A stretch of 53,842 bases of DNA from Acidimicrobiales bacterium. Its GTDB lineage: Bacteria; Actinomycetota; Acidimicrobiia; Acidimicrobiales; SZUA-35. Positions 1 through 9,058 of the stretch are shown here, piece after piece. The notes under the pieces are model-generated. The model was not told the origin of the DNA, searched no databases, and was given only the letters and a program-made list of their open reading frames with translations. The DNA is taken from NCBI GenBank assembly GCA_024644005.1, contig JAHELU010000001.1, positions 1-53,842 on the forward strand, read 5' to 3'. The position numbers were made by a program, and so were the translations under genes. Position 1 is the stretch's first letter. Each line of letters opens with the position of its first letter.

Positions 1-690
1 GTCCTTCAGGGACTCGATCCGGCGGATGTCGAGCCGGACCGAGCTGTAGAACTTGAGGGCCCGGCCACCGGGGGTGGTCTCCGGGGAGCCGAACATGACG
101 CCGATCTTCTCCCGCAGCTGATTGATGAAGATGCAGATGGTGTCGGTCTTGTTGAGGTTGCCGGTGATCTTGCGCAGCGCCTGGGACATCAGCCGGGCCT
201 GGAGGCCGACGTGGGTGTCACCCATGTCCCCCTCGATCTCGGCCCGGGGGGTCAGGGCGGCCACCGAGTCGATCACGATGACGTCGATCGAGCCGGAGCG
301 AACGAGGATGTCGGCGATCTCCAGCGCCTGCTCGCCGGTGTCGGGCTGGGAGATCAGCAACTCGTCGACGTCGACCCCGATGTTGTTGGCGTAGATCGGG
401 TCCATGGCGTGCTCGGCGTCGATGTAGGCGCAGATGCCGCCGTTCCGCTGGGCCTCGGCCACGACGTGCATCGCCAGGGTGGACTTCCCGGACGATTCCG
501 GGCCGTAGATCTCGACCACCCGACCCCGGGGCAGGCCGCCGACTCCCAGCGCGAGATCGAGGGCGAGGGCGCCGGTGGGGACCGTGCCGATCTCCATGTC
601 CGACTTCTCGCCCATCTTCATGACCGAGCCCTTGCCGAACTGCTTCTCGATGTTGCCGAGCGCCATCTCCAGCGCCTTGTTCTTCTCCAC
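1..690 (-). CDS. recA: Recombinase RecA, first 230 codons (3' end runs off the left window edge)
   Basis: Reverse translation from GTG at 690 reads [29 protein letters not shown]...[24 protein letters not shown]...[43 protein letters not shown]. Walker A is [12 protein letters not shown] lies 8 nt upstream of the start. It is absent from the ORF track because there is no stop in the window. Confidence 0.95.
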   Translation of the reverse strand, partial: MEKNKALEMALGNIEKQFGKGSVMKMGEKSDMEIGTVPTGALALDLALGVGGLPRGRVVEIYGPESSGKSTLAMHVVAEAQRNGGICAYIDAEHAMDPIYANNIGVDVDELLISQPDTGEQALEIADILVRSGSIDVIVIDSVAALTPRAEIEGDMGDTHVGLQARLMSQALRKITGNLNKTDTICIFINQLREKIGVMFGSPETTPGGRALKFYSSVRLDIRRIESLKD

Positions 691-730
691 GGTTGTAGCT
701 CCTGTCGCTCAGGATTGAGTTGGGGGATGT

Positions 731-826
731 CGGCAGTGAAAACTTCTGCCGTGAAACTTCGGCAGTGAAACTGCCGTGAAACTTCGGCAGTGAAACCGAC
801 GAAACGTACTGACGGAACGTACTGAC
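731..826 (-). repeat. Tandem hairpin repeats in the recA 5' leader (GTGAAAC / GTTTCAC motif, 25-29 nt units)
   Basis: Units are GGCAGTGAAAACTTCTGCCGTGAAACTTC (732-760), GGCAGTGAAACTGCCGTGAAACTTC (761-785) and GGCAGTGAAACCGACGAAACGTACT (786-810), followed by GACGGAACGTACT (811-823). Identical 20-nt hairpins CTGCCG-TGAAACTT-CGGCAG lie at 746-765 and 771-790. Confidence 0.8.
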
Positions 827-936
827 GAGTTGTGACAGCGAGCCCCACCGACCATCGCCGATCGAGGACCGACGTGGATCGGTGTGCACGCGCTCGCTGC
901 TTGTCGAAAGACTACACCTCTGTAATTACGTGTGTC

Positions 937-965
937 ACCCTAGTGGCGAACGGGTGTTCGTTCAA
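937..965 (-). promoter_or_regulatory. Candidate LexA-controlled recA promoter: -35 TTGAAC (965-960), 17-nt spacer, -10 TAGGGT (942-937)
   Basis: The reverse strand reads TTGAAC-gaacacccgttcgccac-TAGGGT, with the SOS box inside the spacer. This implies a recA leader of about 240 nt. Confidence 0.55.
947..960. promoter_or_regulatory. LexA (SOS/Cheo-type) box CGAAC-GGGT-GTTCG
   Basis: Perfect GAAC-N4-GTTC palindrome in the recA / ABC-2 operon divergent region. Confidence 0.8.
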
Positions 966-1036
966 CCACTCGCTCGTCGAATCCCGCCGTCGCTCCCTTC
1001 GGGCGCCGAGTCGGCGGTCCGTGCTAGAAACCGTGG

Positions 1037-1834
1037 GTGAGCCGGCTGTGGTGGGAGATCGCCAGACGGAGCTTCCGCCGGGCATCAAGCTACCGCCTGG
1101 CCACCGCATCCGGCGTGTTCGTCAACACGGTCTTCGGCTACCTGCGGGCCTCGATCCTGATCTTCGTCGCCACCGCCGCCGGCGGTTCGATCCGGGGCCA
1201 GAGCGCAACCGACCTCGCCACGTTCGCCTTCGTGTCCCAGGGCTTCATCATGACGATCGGGGCCTTCGGCGATCACGAGCTGGCGGAGCGGATCCGAACC
1301 GGTGATGTGGTCATCGACCTGTACCGGCCCGCCGATCTGCAGCTGTGGTGGGCGGCCACCTGGTTCGGCCGCTCGGGCTTCCTGGCCCTGGCCAGGGGCA
1401 TTCCGCCCGTGGTGCTGGGGGCGCTGGCGTTCGACCTGGAGTGGCCTGACCCACTGTGGCACTGGCTGCCGTTCCTGGCGTCGGTGGTGCTCGCCACCAC
1501 CGTGGGCTTCGCCCTCCGGTTCTGCTCGAACCTCCTCACGTTCTGGTTGCTCGACAACCGTGGCGTCGAACAGCTCCTGACCGTGCTGATCAGCTTCTTC
1601 AGCGGCCTGGTGCTCCCGATCACGCTGTTCCCGTCGTGGCTCGAGCGGATCGCACGGGCCCTGCCGTTCGCCTCGATGATCCAGCTGCCGACCGAGCTCT
1701 ACCTCGGCCGCTATGACGGGATGGAGATCGTGTCGGTCCTGGCTCAACAGGCGGGGTGGGCTGTTGCGCTGCTGCTGGTCGGTCGAGCGGTGCTGCGGGC
1801 CGCCACCGCTCGGGTGGTGATCCAGGGTGGCTGA
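1037..1834 (+). CDS. ABC-2-type transporter permease (uncharacterised transport system)
   Basis: 265-aa multi-pass hydrophobic ORF with a GTG start. It overlaps the next permease by 8 nt, and an ABC ATPase follows. The family call rests on general resemblance only. Confidence 0.7.
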   Translation: MSRLWWEIARRSFRRASSYRLATASGVFVNTVFGYLRASILIFVATAAGGSIRGQSATDLATFAFVSQGFIMTIGAFGDHELAERIRTGDVVIDLYRPADLQLWWAATWFGRSGFLALARGIPPVVLGALAFDLEWPDPLWHWLPFLASVVLATTVGFALRFCSNLLTFWLLDNRGVEQLLTVLISFFSGLVLPITLFPSWLERIARALPFASMIQLPTELYLGRYDGMEIVSVLAQQAGWAVALLLVGRAVLRAATARVVIQGG

Positions 1835-2690
1835 GGTCGCGCCGGCAACGAGCGCCCCAGACGCCATCTCGGCCCGGCGTCGGACCATGGCCGACGGGCT
1901 GCGCGTCTACCGTCTCATGGTGGCGGCCAAGATCCGATCGGCGTGGCAGTACCGGACGTCGTTCGTCATGTTCCTCTTCGCCCAGGCCACCATCACCTCC
2001 CTCGAGTTCGTCACCATCCTGTTGCTGTTCGACGTCGTCCCGGACCTCGGTGGCTGGGATCGGCGGGAGGTGGCCCTGCTCTACGGACTGGCCACGCTGC
2101 CATTCGCGGCGAGCGACCTGATCATCAGCCCGGTCGAGCGGCTCTCGGTCCATGTCAGGGCCGGCACGTTCGACCGGTTCCTGCTCAGGCCGGCCTCGTC
2201 ACTGCTCCAGATCTGCGCCATGGAGTTCGAGCTGCGGCGCATCGGCAAGCTCCTACCCGCCGTGGCCGTGCTGTGGTGGGCGATGGCCGGCGTCGATGTC
2301 GACTGGACACCGTCGAGCGTGGGGCTCCTGGTGCTGGCACTGACCAGCGGCACGGTGATCTACTCGGCGCTGTGGATCGCCACCGCATCGCTGTCGTTCT
2401 GGATCGTCGCCACCCAGGAGGCCACGAATGCCGTCACCTACGGGGGCCAGTTCGCCAACGAGTACCCGTTGCACCTCTATCCGGGCTGGATCCGGGCCGT
2501 GCTGGGGTGGATCGTACCGCTCGCCTTCGTGGCCTACGTGCCGGCGGTGGCGCTGCTCGACGCCCCGAACCCGCTCGCCCTGCCGGACGACCTCGTCTAT
2601 GCCTCGATCCCGGTCGCGGCCGCGACGCTCGTGGTGTCGCTCCGCCTCTGGTCGCTCGGGATCCGCCACTACCAGAGCACCGGCAGCTGA
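1827..2690 (+). CDS. ABC-2-type transporter permease, second subunit
   Basis: 287-aa hydrophobic ORF (YRLMVAAKIRSAWQYRTSFVMFLFAQ...). It ends 2 nt before the ATPase start. The start could instead be the ATG at 1887. Confidence 0.7.
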   Translation: MAEVAPATSAPDAISARRRTMADGLRVYRLMVAAKIRSAWQYRTSFVMFLFAQATITSLEFVTILLLFDVVPDLGGWDRREVALLYGLATLPFAASDLIISPVERLSVHVRAGTFDRFLLRPASSLLQICAMEFELRRIGKLLPAVAVLWWAMAGVDVDWTPSSVGLLVLALTSGTVIYSALWIATASLSFWIVATQEATNAVTYGGQFANEYPLHLYPGWIRAVLGWIVPLAFVAYVPAVALLDAPNPLALPDDLVYASIPVAAATLVVSLRLWSLGIRHYQSTGS

Positions 2691-2692
2691 TC

Positions 2693-3682
2693 ATGGCCCA
2701 GGTCGTCAGGTTGGCCGCGGTCGACAAGACCTACGCGGTGCGGACGAGGGCAGGACGGGTGCGGCGACGGCGCCGGGAGGTCCGGGCGGTGAGCGACGTG
2801 TCGTTCACGATCGAGTCCGGGGAGATGGTGGGGTATGTCGGGCCGAACGGGGCCGGCAAGTCGACCACCATCAAGATGATCACGGGCATCCTCACCCCGT
2901 CGGCCGGCCGCATCGAGGTGCTCGGCCTCACCCCGACCGTCGACCGGCGACGGCTGACCCGTCGGATCGGGGTGGTGTTCGGCCAGCGGTCCCAGCTGTG
3001 GTGGGATCTGCCCCTCATCGACTCGTTCGAGCTGCTCCACCACGTCTACCGGACGGAGCGGGCCCGCCACGACGCCAACCTGGCGGCCTTCACCGAGCGG
3101 CTCGACCTCGGCGGGTTCCTCGACGTGCCGGTCCGGCAGCTGTCACTCGGTCAGCGGATGCGGGGCGAGCTGACCGCCGCCCTGCTCCACGACCCGGCCT
3201 TGGTGGTGCTCGACGAGCCGACGATCGGGCTCGACGTGGTCAGCAAGTACGCGGTCAGGGAGTTCCTGTCCGAGACCAACCGGGAGCGTGGCACGACGGT
3301 GCTGCTGACCACCCACGACCTCGACGACGTCGAGCACCTCTGCAGGCGGATGTTGATCATCGACCGCGGGCGGGTGCTGCTCGACGGTGCTGTCGATCGC
3401 TTCAAGGCCGAGCACGGCAACGATCGGACGCTGGTGGTCGACCTCGAGTCGGCGGCCGAGCCGCTGCCGCTGCGGACCGGGCAGGTCCTCAGGACCGACG
3501 GGCCCCGGCAGTGGATCCGATTCGACCGTCGCCGGACCTCGGCGGCTGCGGTCATCGCCGAGGTCACCGCCGCCGGTGCGGTACGGGACCTGGCCATCGA
3601 GGAGCCGGACATCGAGGAGCTGATCCGCCGTATCTACGCCAGCCGGACCGAAGGGTCCCCTGGCGACGGGGTCGGGCTGTGA
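2693..3682 (+). CDS. ABC transporter ATP-binding protein
   Basis: Walker A GPNGAGKST, signature LSLGQRMR, Walker B LVVLDEPTIGLD. The ATG at 2693 lies inside a longer artefactual ORF (1943-3682). Confidence 0.9.
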   Translation: MAQVVRLAAVDKTYAVRTRAGRVRRRRREVRAVSDVSFTIESGEMVGYVGPNGAGKSTTIKMITGILTPSAGRIEVLGLTPTVDRRRLTRRIGVVFGQRSQLWWDLPLIDSFELLHHVYRTERARHDANLAAFTERLDLGGFLDVPVRQLSLGQRMRGELTAALLHDPALVVLDEPTIGLDVVSKYAVREFLSETNRERGTTVLLTTHDLDDVEHLCRRMLIIDRGRVLLDGAVDRFKAEHGNDRTLVVDLESAAEPLPLRTGQVLRTDGPRQWIRFDRRRTSAAAVIAEVTAAGAVRDLAIEEPDIEELIRRIYASRTEGSPGDGVGL

Positions 3683-3710
3683 TTTGGGCCGACCCCGAGA
3701 GGGTCGGGCG

Positions 3711-4931
3711 GTGACCGGGGCCGCCGACCGCCCGAGTCGGGCGATCGACCACCGCGCCATCGCCCTGCTGGGTCTCGTCACCATCGTCGCCTACGGGTCC
3801 TGGTATTACGCGTTCGGTGTCCTCCTCGATCCGATCCGGATCGACACCGGCTGGAGCGAATCGACGCTGGCGGGCTCCTTCTCGGTCGGCATCGTCACCG
3901 TCGGGCTCGCCTCCTTGGCCGGCGGCCGGGTCCTCGATCGCCTCGGCCACCGGACGGTGCTGCTGCTCGGCGGCCTCGGGGGCGGAGCGGCGCTGCTGGC
4001 GACGTCGTTCGCCCCCGGCCCCGCCCTGTTCACCGTCACGTCGGCGGTGGCCATGGGCTTCCTCGGCGGCTTCGGGTTCTACCACGCCACGATGACCACC
4101 GCGGTCAGGGTCAGTCCCGGCGATCCGGTCCGGGCCATCGCCGTGCTGACCATCTGGGGGGCGTTCGCCTCCGTGCTCTACCTCCCGATGACCGCCGCCC
4201 TGGTCGACCGCTTCGACTGGCGGGTCACGATCCGGGTTCTGGCCCTGGCGGCGGTGGTCGTGTTCACCGTGGCGGCCCTCGTCGTCCCCGCGGTCCCCGT
4301 CGAGAACACCGTCGACCGGGTCCCGCTCCGCCGGCTGCTGGCGGCGACAGTCCAGGGTCCCGAGCGGCGGGCCTTCACCGCCGCCGTCGCCCTCGGTGGC
4401 ATCGCCATGTCGACGATCCTCGTCTACCAGGTTCCGGCGATGACCGCCGCCGGGCTGCCCCTCACGACCGCGGCCACCGTGGCCGGGATCCGGGGCTTCT
4501 CCCAGATCGCCGGGCGGATCCCGCTCTCGCCGATCGTGAGCCGACTCGGATCGGGAGGAGCGCTGGTCCTCGCCTTCGGGGCCATCGCCGCCGGTGGCGC
4601 CCTGCTCGCCTTCTCCGGCAGCATCGTCGTGGCGCTGGCCTTCGCCGTCGTCGCCGGCTTCGGCATCGGTGCGTTCAGTCCGCTCCAGGGCATCAAGGCC
4701 GAGGAGCTGTTCGAGCGGGACACCCTCGGCGCCACGATGGGCTCCTACAGCACCGTGCTGATGGTGTCCGGTGCGGTCGGTCCGGCGGTGGCCGGCATCG
4801 TCGCCGACGCCACCGACGACCGGCGGACCGCATCGGTGGTGATCCTGGTGGCCGCAGTGGGGGCGATGGCGTTCGCCGCCCGGCTCCGGGCCGAGCCGGC
4901 TGCCGTGGCTGGAGCTCGGGGCTCGGTGTAG
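3711..4931 (+). CDS. MFS transporter
   Basis: About 400-aa polytopic membrane ORF. I prefer the GTG at 3711, which is preceded by GAGAGGG, but the TTG at 3684 is also possible. Confidence 0.7.
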   Translation: MTGAADRPSRAIDHRAIALLGLVTIVAYGSWYYAFGVLLDPIRIDTGWSESTLAGSFSVGIVTVGLASLAGGRVLDRLGHRTVLLLGGLGGGAALLATSFAPGPALFTVTSAVAMGFLGGFGFYHATMTTAVRVSPGDPVRAIAVLTIWGAFASVLYLPMTAALVDRFDWRVTIRVLALAAVVVFTVAALVVPAVPVENTVDRVPLRRLLAATVQGPERRAFTAAVALGGIAMSTILVYQVPAMTAAGLPLTTAATVAGIRGFSQIAGRIPLSPIVSRLGSGGALVLAFGAIAAGGALLAFSGSIVVALAFAVVAGFGIGAFSPLQGIKAEELFERDTLGATMGSYSTVLMVSGAVGPAVAGIVADATDDRRTASVVILVAAVGAMAFAARLRAEPAAVAGARGSV

Positions 4932-4940
4932 CGTGACCCG

Positions 4941-7241
4941 ATGACTGGCTCCCTGATCGGTACCCGGGTCCTCCGGGTCGAGGATCCGCCGCTGCTGACC
5001 GGACGGTCCAGCTTCGTGGCCAACCTCGATCTGGACGGGGCCCTGGTGGCCCACTACGTGACCTCCATCGAGGCCCATGCCCTGATCGAGGGGATCGACA
5101 CGGCCGAGGCCCGGTCGATGCCCGGCGTGGTCGACGTCGTGACCGCGGCCGATCTCGATTTCGGCCCCCTCCCCGGCGGTTCTCCGGACTACCCGCCGGG
5201 CACCAACCGAGGGACGCTGGCCATCGACCGGGTCCGCTTCGTCGGCGAACCGGTGGCGGTGGTGGTGGCCGAGACGGCGGCCCAGGCGGCAGACGCGGCC
5301 GAGACGATCGTGGTCGACTACCGACCGCTGCCGGTGGTGCTCGACATCGCCACCGCAGCCGAGAACGAGACCCTGCTCTTCCCCGAGGCCGGGACGAACG
5401 TGATCCTCACCGGCAGCGGGGCCAAGCCGGAACCGCCCGACTTCTCGGTCTGCGAAGTGGTGGTCGAGACCGAGACGGTCAACCAGCGGGTCGCCCCGTG
5501 CCCGATCGAGCCCCGGGTCGCCGCCTCCTACTGGACAGACGACGGCCGGCTCGTCCACTACGCCTCCTGCCAGGGCGTCCATCCGATCCAGAAGGGCCTC
5601 GCCTCCTTCTACGGGCTCGACCCGAGCCAGGTCCGGGTCGTCACCGCAGACGTCGGCGGCAGCTTCGGGGCCAAGGCCAGGCTCTATCCCGAGGACGTGC
5701 TCCTGCCCTTCCTGGCCAAGCGGGCCGGTCGGCCGGTGCGGTGGACCCCGGGGCGCCGGGACGACATGGTGGGCCTAGGCCACTCCCGGGCCCAGCTGCA
5801 GCGGATCACCATCGGCGGTCGGCGGGACGGCCGGATCGAGGCGATCGAGGCCGAGATCATCGGTGATTGCGGGGCCTACCCCAACACCGCCCCGGCGCTG
5901 ATGCGCAACGCCGGCCTGGTGCTGCCCGGTCCCTTCGACGTCGAGAACGTGCACTGGACCGGCAAGGTCGTCGTCACCAACACCACCCCGACCGTGGCCT
6001 ATCGGGGGGCCGGTCGACCGGAGGGCGGGCACATGCTCAACCGGGGGATCGACGCCTTCGCCCACGAGATCGGCATGGACCCGCTCGACGTCCGCCGGGT
6101 CAACCTGTTGGAGGCCGACCAGCTGCCGTGGACCAACCCGACCGGGCTGGTCTACGACTCGGGGGACTACCGAGCCGCCCTCGAGCTGGTGGCGACCGAG
6201 GTCGACCACGACGGGATCCGGGCCCGCCAGGAGCAGGAGCGGGCGGTCGGATCCACCACCCGGACCGGGATCGGCTGGGCCACGTTCATCGACCGCACCG
6301 CCGGTCTGCCCAGTGAGGACTACGGCTCGATCGAGTTGCGGCCGGACGGCACGTTCCTCGTGCTGACCAGCTCGTCGCCGTACGGTCAGGGCCACTACAC
6401 CAGCTGGGCGATGCTGGTGGTGGAGCGGACCGGGGTGTCGCTGGCCGACATCGAGGTCTTCCACGGCGACACCGACGTGGTCCCCAAGGGCGGCATCACC
6501 GGCGGCTCCCGGTCGGCCCAGCGGGCCGGCTCGGCGGTGGCCGAGGCCACGGACGACCTCGTCGAGCGGGCCAAGGCCACGGCGGCCGAGCTGCTGGAGG
6601 CCGCGGTGGGAGACGTCGTGCTCGATCTCGACGCCGCCACCTTCCACGTCGCCGGCGCACCGGGGGCGGCCACGGTGGGCTGGTCCGAGATCGCCGCCGG
6701 TTGGGCCGCGAACCGTCGGGACCAGGGCCACCACGACGTGGCCCTGCGCTGCGAGTCCGACTTCGTCGGCGAGGGGCCATCCGTGCCGTACGGGATGTAC
6801 GCCGCAGTGGTCACCGTCGATCTCGAGACCGGGGCGGTCACGCTGGACCGCATCGTGAGCGTCGACGACGCCGGCACGATCCTCAACCCGATGCTCGTCG
6901 AGGGGCAGCTGCACGGCGGGATCGCCCAGGGCGTCGGGCAGGCGCTCTGGGAGGAGTTCCGCTACGACGAGGACGGCAACCCGCTGACCGGTAGCTTCCT
7001 CGACTACGGGATCCCCTCTGCGGCAGAGCTGCCGTCCTTCGACGTCCACCTGATGGAGACCCCGTCCCCGAACAATCCGCTCGGGTTCAAGGGGGTGGCC
7101 GAGTCCGGGTGCATCGGGGCCACGCCGGCGGTGCAGAACGCGGTGATCGACGCGCTCAGCCACCTCGGTGTCCGCCACATCGACATGCCGCTCGTCCCCG
7201 AGCGGGTCTGGGAGGCGATCCGCCGGGCCACCGCCGACTGA
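4941..7241 (+). CDS. Molybdopterin-binding large subunit of the xanthine dehydrogenase / CO dehydrogenase family (form-II CoxL-like)
   Basis: 766 aa. N-terminus GTRVLRVEDPPLLTG, motif VAYRGAGRPEG (AYRGAGR type), C-terminal GVAESGCIGATPAVQNAV. No FAD or 2Fe-2S subunit genes lie nearby. Confidence 0.85.
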   Translation: MTGSLIGTRVLRVEDPPLLTGRSSFVANLDLDGALVAHYVTSIEAHALIEGIDTAEARSMPGVVDVVTAADLDFGPLPGGSPDYPPGTNRGTLAIDRVRFVGEPVAVVVAETAAQAADAAETIVVDYRPLPVVLDIATAAENETLLFPEAGTNVILTGSGAKPEPPDFSVCEVVVETETVNQRVAPCPIEPRVAASYWTDDGRLVHYASCQGVHPIQKGLASFYGLDPSQVRVVTADVGGSFGAKARLYPEDVLLPFLAKRAGRPVRWTPGRRDDMVGLGHSRAQLQRITIGGRRDGRIEAIEAEIIGDCGAYPNTAPALMRNAGLVLPGPFDVENVHWTGKVVVTNTTPTVAYRGAGRPEGGHMLNRGIDAFAHEIGMDPLDVRRVNLLEADQLPWTNPTGLVYDSGDYRAALELVATEVDHDGIRARQEQERAVGSTTRTGIGWATFIDRTAGLPSEDYGSIELRPDGTFLVLTSSSPYGQGHYTSWAMLVVERTGVSLADIEVFHGDTDVVPKGGITGGSRSAQRAGSAVAEATDDLVERAKATAAELLEAAVGDVVLDLDAATFHVAGAPGAATVGWSEIAAGWAANRRDQGHHDVALRCESDFVGEGPSVPYGMYAAVVTVDLETGAVTLDRIVSVDDAGTILNPMLVEGQLHGGIAQGVGQALWEEFRYDEDGNPLTGSFLDYGIPSAAELPSFDVHLMETPSPNNPLGFKGVAESGCIGATPAVQNAVIDALSHLGVRHIDMPLVPERVWEAIRRATAD

Positions 7242-7306
7242 CCGCCCCGGGTCCGCAGGCCGGCCGACCCCGTAGGAAATTCGCGGAACGAGATCCCGAG
7301 CGTCAC

Positions 7307-7312
7307 TAGCGT
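7307..7312 (+). promoter_or_regulatory. -10 box TAGCGT, 6 nt upstream of ATG 7319 (leaderless-type)
   Basis: Sequence is cacTAGCGTgggacgATG, with no Shine-Dalgarno between box and start. Confidence 0.5.
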
Positions 7313-7318
7313 GGGACG

Positions 7319-9058
7319 ATGACCGCCCCGTCCTACCGCCAGACGCTGGTGACCTACCTCGCGCCACAGCGGGGCAAGGTCGGCCTGCTCGCGGTCGTGC
7401 TGGTGGCCACCACCGGCCTGCAGCTCGTGGTGCCGCTGATCCTGCAGCGGTTCATCGACGGGGCGCTGGCCGGTGAGCCCAGCGCGGTGCTGATGGCCGC
7501 CGGCGTGGCCTATCTGGTGGCCGGCCTGGCCAACCAGCTCTTCAGCGCGGTCACCACCTACCTCGGTGCCGACGTCGGTTGGACCGCCACCAACCACCTC
7601 CGGGAAGACCTGGCCCGCCACCTGCTCGGACTCGACATGGGGTTCCACACCGACACCACGCCGGGGGAGATGATCGAGCGGATCGACGGCGACGTCACCG
7701 CGGTCGCCGAGTTCCTGTCCCGGTTCGTGGTCAAGCTCCTCGGGGCCGGACTGCTGCTGATCGGGGTCATCGGGGTGGCGTGGTACACCTCGCCGCTGAT
7801 CGGCATCGCCTACACCGGCTTCGTCGTGGCGGTCCTGGCCATCGTCTACTCGATGCGGACGATGGCGGTGGCCGCCGCCGAGGAGGAGCGGGAGACCTCG
7901 GCCCAGCTGTACGGGTTCATCGAGGAGCGGTTGGCGGCGCTCGACGACATCCGGGCCAACGGGGCCGGCGCGTCCACCATGCGACGCTTCGTCGGGGTCA
8001 TGCGGGACTACTTCTTCCGGACCACCGCCGCCTGGGCGAAGCGCACCCGGTTCCGGGTCACGTCGAACCTGACGTTCTGGATCGGCAGCGCGCTGGCCCT
8101 GGCCCTCGGAATCCGGCTGGTCCAGACCGGGGCGGCCACCGTCGGCACCGCCTATCTGCTCTACCAGTACGTCCTCCTGATCCAGAGCCCGATCGAGCAG
8201 GTCACCCAGCAGTTCTCGGAGCTGCAGAAGGCGGCTGGGGGCATCGTCCGCATCGACCAGTATCGGAGCATCGCCACCACGCTCCGCATTGAGGGCGACA
8301 TCGAGCTCCCGGCGGGGCCGCTGTCGGTCGAGTTCGACGCGGTCGACTTCTCCTACGAGGATCAGCAGATCCTCCACCGGCTGACCTTCGAGCTGGCCCC
8401 CGGCACCGTGCTCGGCCTGCTCGGTCGGACCGGCGGCGGCAAGACCACCACCACCCGGCTGATCTCCCGGCTGTACGACCCGGACTCGGGCACGGTCCGC
8501 ATCGGCGGCCACGATCTGCGCGACGTCCGGTTGTCGTCCCTGCGGCGACGGGTCGGGGTGGTGACCCAGGACGTGCAGCTGTTCCGGGCATCGGTGAGGG
8601 ACAACCTCACGTTCTTCGACCACCGCCGCTCGGACGAGGAGCTGCTGACCGCGCTCGACTCGGTGGGCCTCGGCCGCTGGATCCGCTCGATCGGCCTCGA
8701 CGCCGAGCTCGGGGCCGGCGGCAGCGGCCTGTCGGCAGGGGAGTCGCAACTCCTGGCCTTCGCCAGGGTCTTCCTCCAGGATCCCGGTGTGGTCATCCTG
8801 GACGAGCCGGCGTCCCGGCTCGACCCGGCAACGGAGCTGCTCGTCGCATCGGCCTCGGAGCGGCTGTTCGCCGGCCGAACCGTGATCATCATCGCCCACC
8901 GGTTGGAGACCGTCCGCCGGGCCGACCAGATCATGGTGATCGAGGGCGGCCGCATCGCCGAGCACGGCGCCAGGGAGGTGCTGGCGGCCACGCCGGGAAC
9001 CCGGTACGCCCGGCTGCTGGAGGCCGGTGGCGGGGCCCTGCTGGGAGGGGCGGTATGA
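7319..9058 (+). CDS. ABC exporter, fused permease-ATPase (heterodimer partner 1)
   Basis: 579 aa with an N-terminal 6-TM region. Walker A GRTGGGKTT, signature LSAGESQ, Walker B VVILDEP. Confidence 0.85.
   Translation: MTAPSYRQTLVTYLAPQRGKVGLLAVVLVATTGLQLVVPLILQRFIDGALAGEPSAVLMAAGVAYLVAGLANQLFSAVTTYLGADVGWTATNHLREDLARHLLGLDMGFHTDTTPGEMIERIDGDVTAVAEFLSRFVVKLLGAGLLLIGVIGVAWYTSPLIGIAYTGFVVAVLAIVYSMRTMAVAAAEEERETSAQLYGFIEERLAALDDIRANGAGASTMRRFVGVMRDYFFRTTAAWAKRTRFRVTSNLTFWIGSALALALGIRLVQTGAATVGTAYLLYQYVLLIQSPIEQVTQQFSELQKAAGGIVRIDQYRSIATTLRIEGDIELPAGPLSVEFDAVDFSYEDQQILHRLTFELAPGTVLGLLGRTGGGKTTTTRLISRLYDPDSGTVRIGGHDLRDVRLSSLRRRVGVVTQDVQLFRASVRDNLTFFDHRRSDEELLTALDSVGLGRWIRSIGLDAELGAGGSGLSAGESQLLAFARVFLQDPGVVILDEPASRLDPATELLVASASERLFAGRTVIIIAHRLETVRRADQIMVIEGGRIAEHGAREVLAATPGTRYARLLEAGGGALLGGAV

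Noticed and set aside
731-826. Whether any of the tandem repeats (731-826, 21576-21647, 35576-35695, 42801-42968) form a CRISPR array.
   Set aside because: The units are contiguous, 12-29 bp long and have no unique spacers. Two of the blocks are in-frame coding repeats. No cas genes are present in the window.
901-928. PafBC/RecA-NDp-like motif (TTGTCG ... TAATTA) near recA.
   Set aside because: It is on the strand opposite to recA. The spacing does not fit TGTCRGTG-N8-TAnnnT, and the -10-like hexamer lacks the final T.
3564-5582. Very long antisense or off-frame ORFs in the track, for example 3564-5582(-), 7004-8965(-), 8362-10785(-), 17544-19049(-), 28015-30099(-), 39224-41476(-) and 41882-43195(+).
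   Set aside because: Their translations are Arg/Gly/Pro/Asp-rich low-complexity strings typical of non-coding frames in high-GC DNA. Each overlaps a gene with clear family motifs on the other strand or in another frame.
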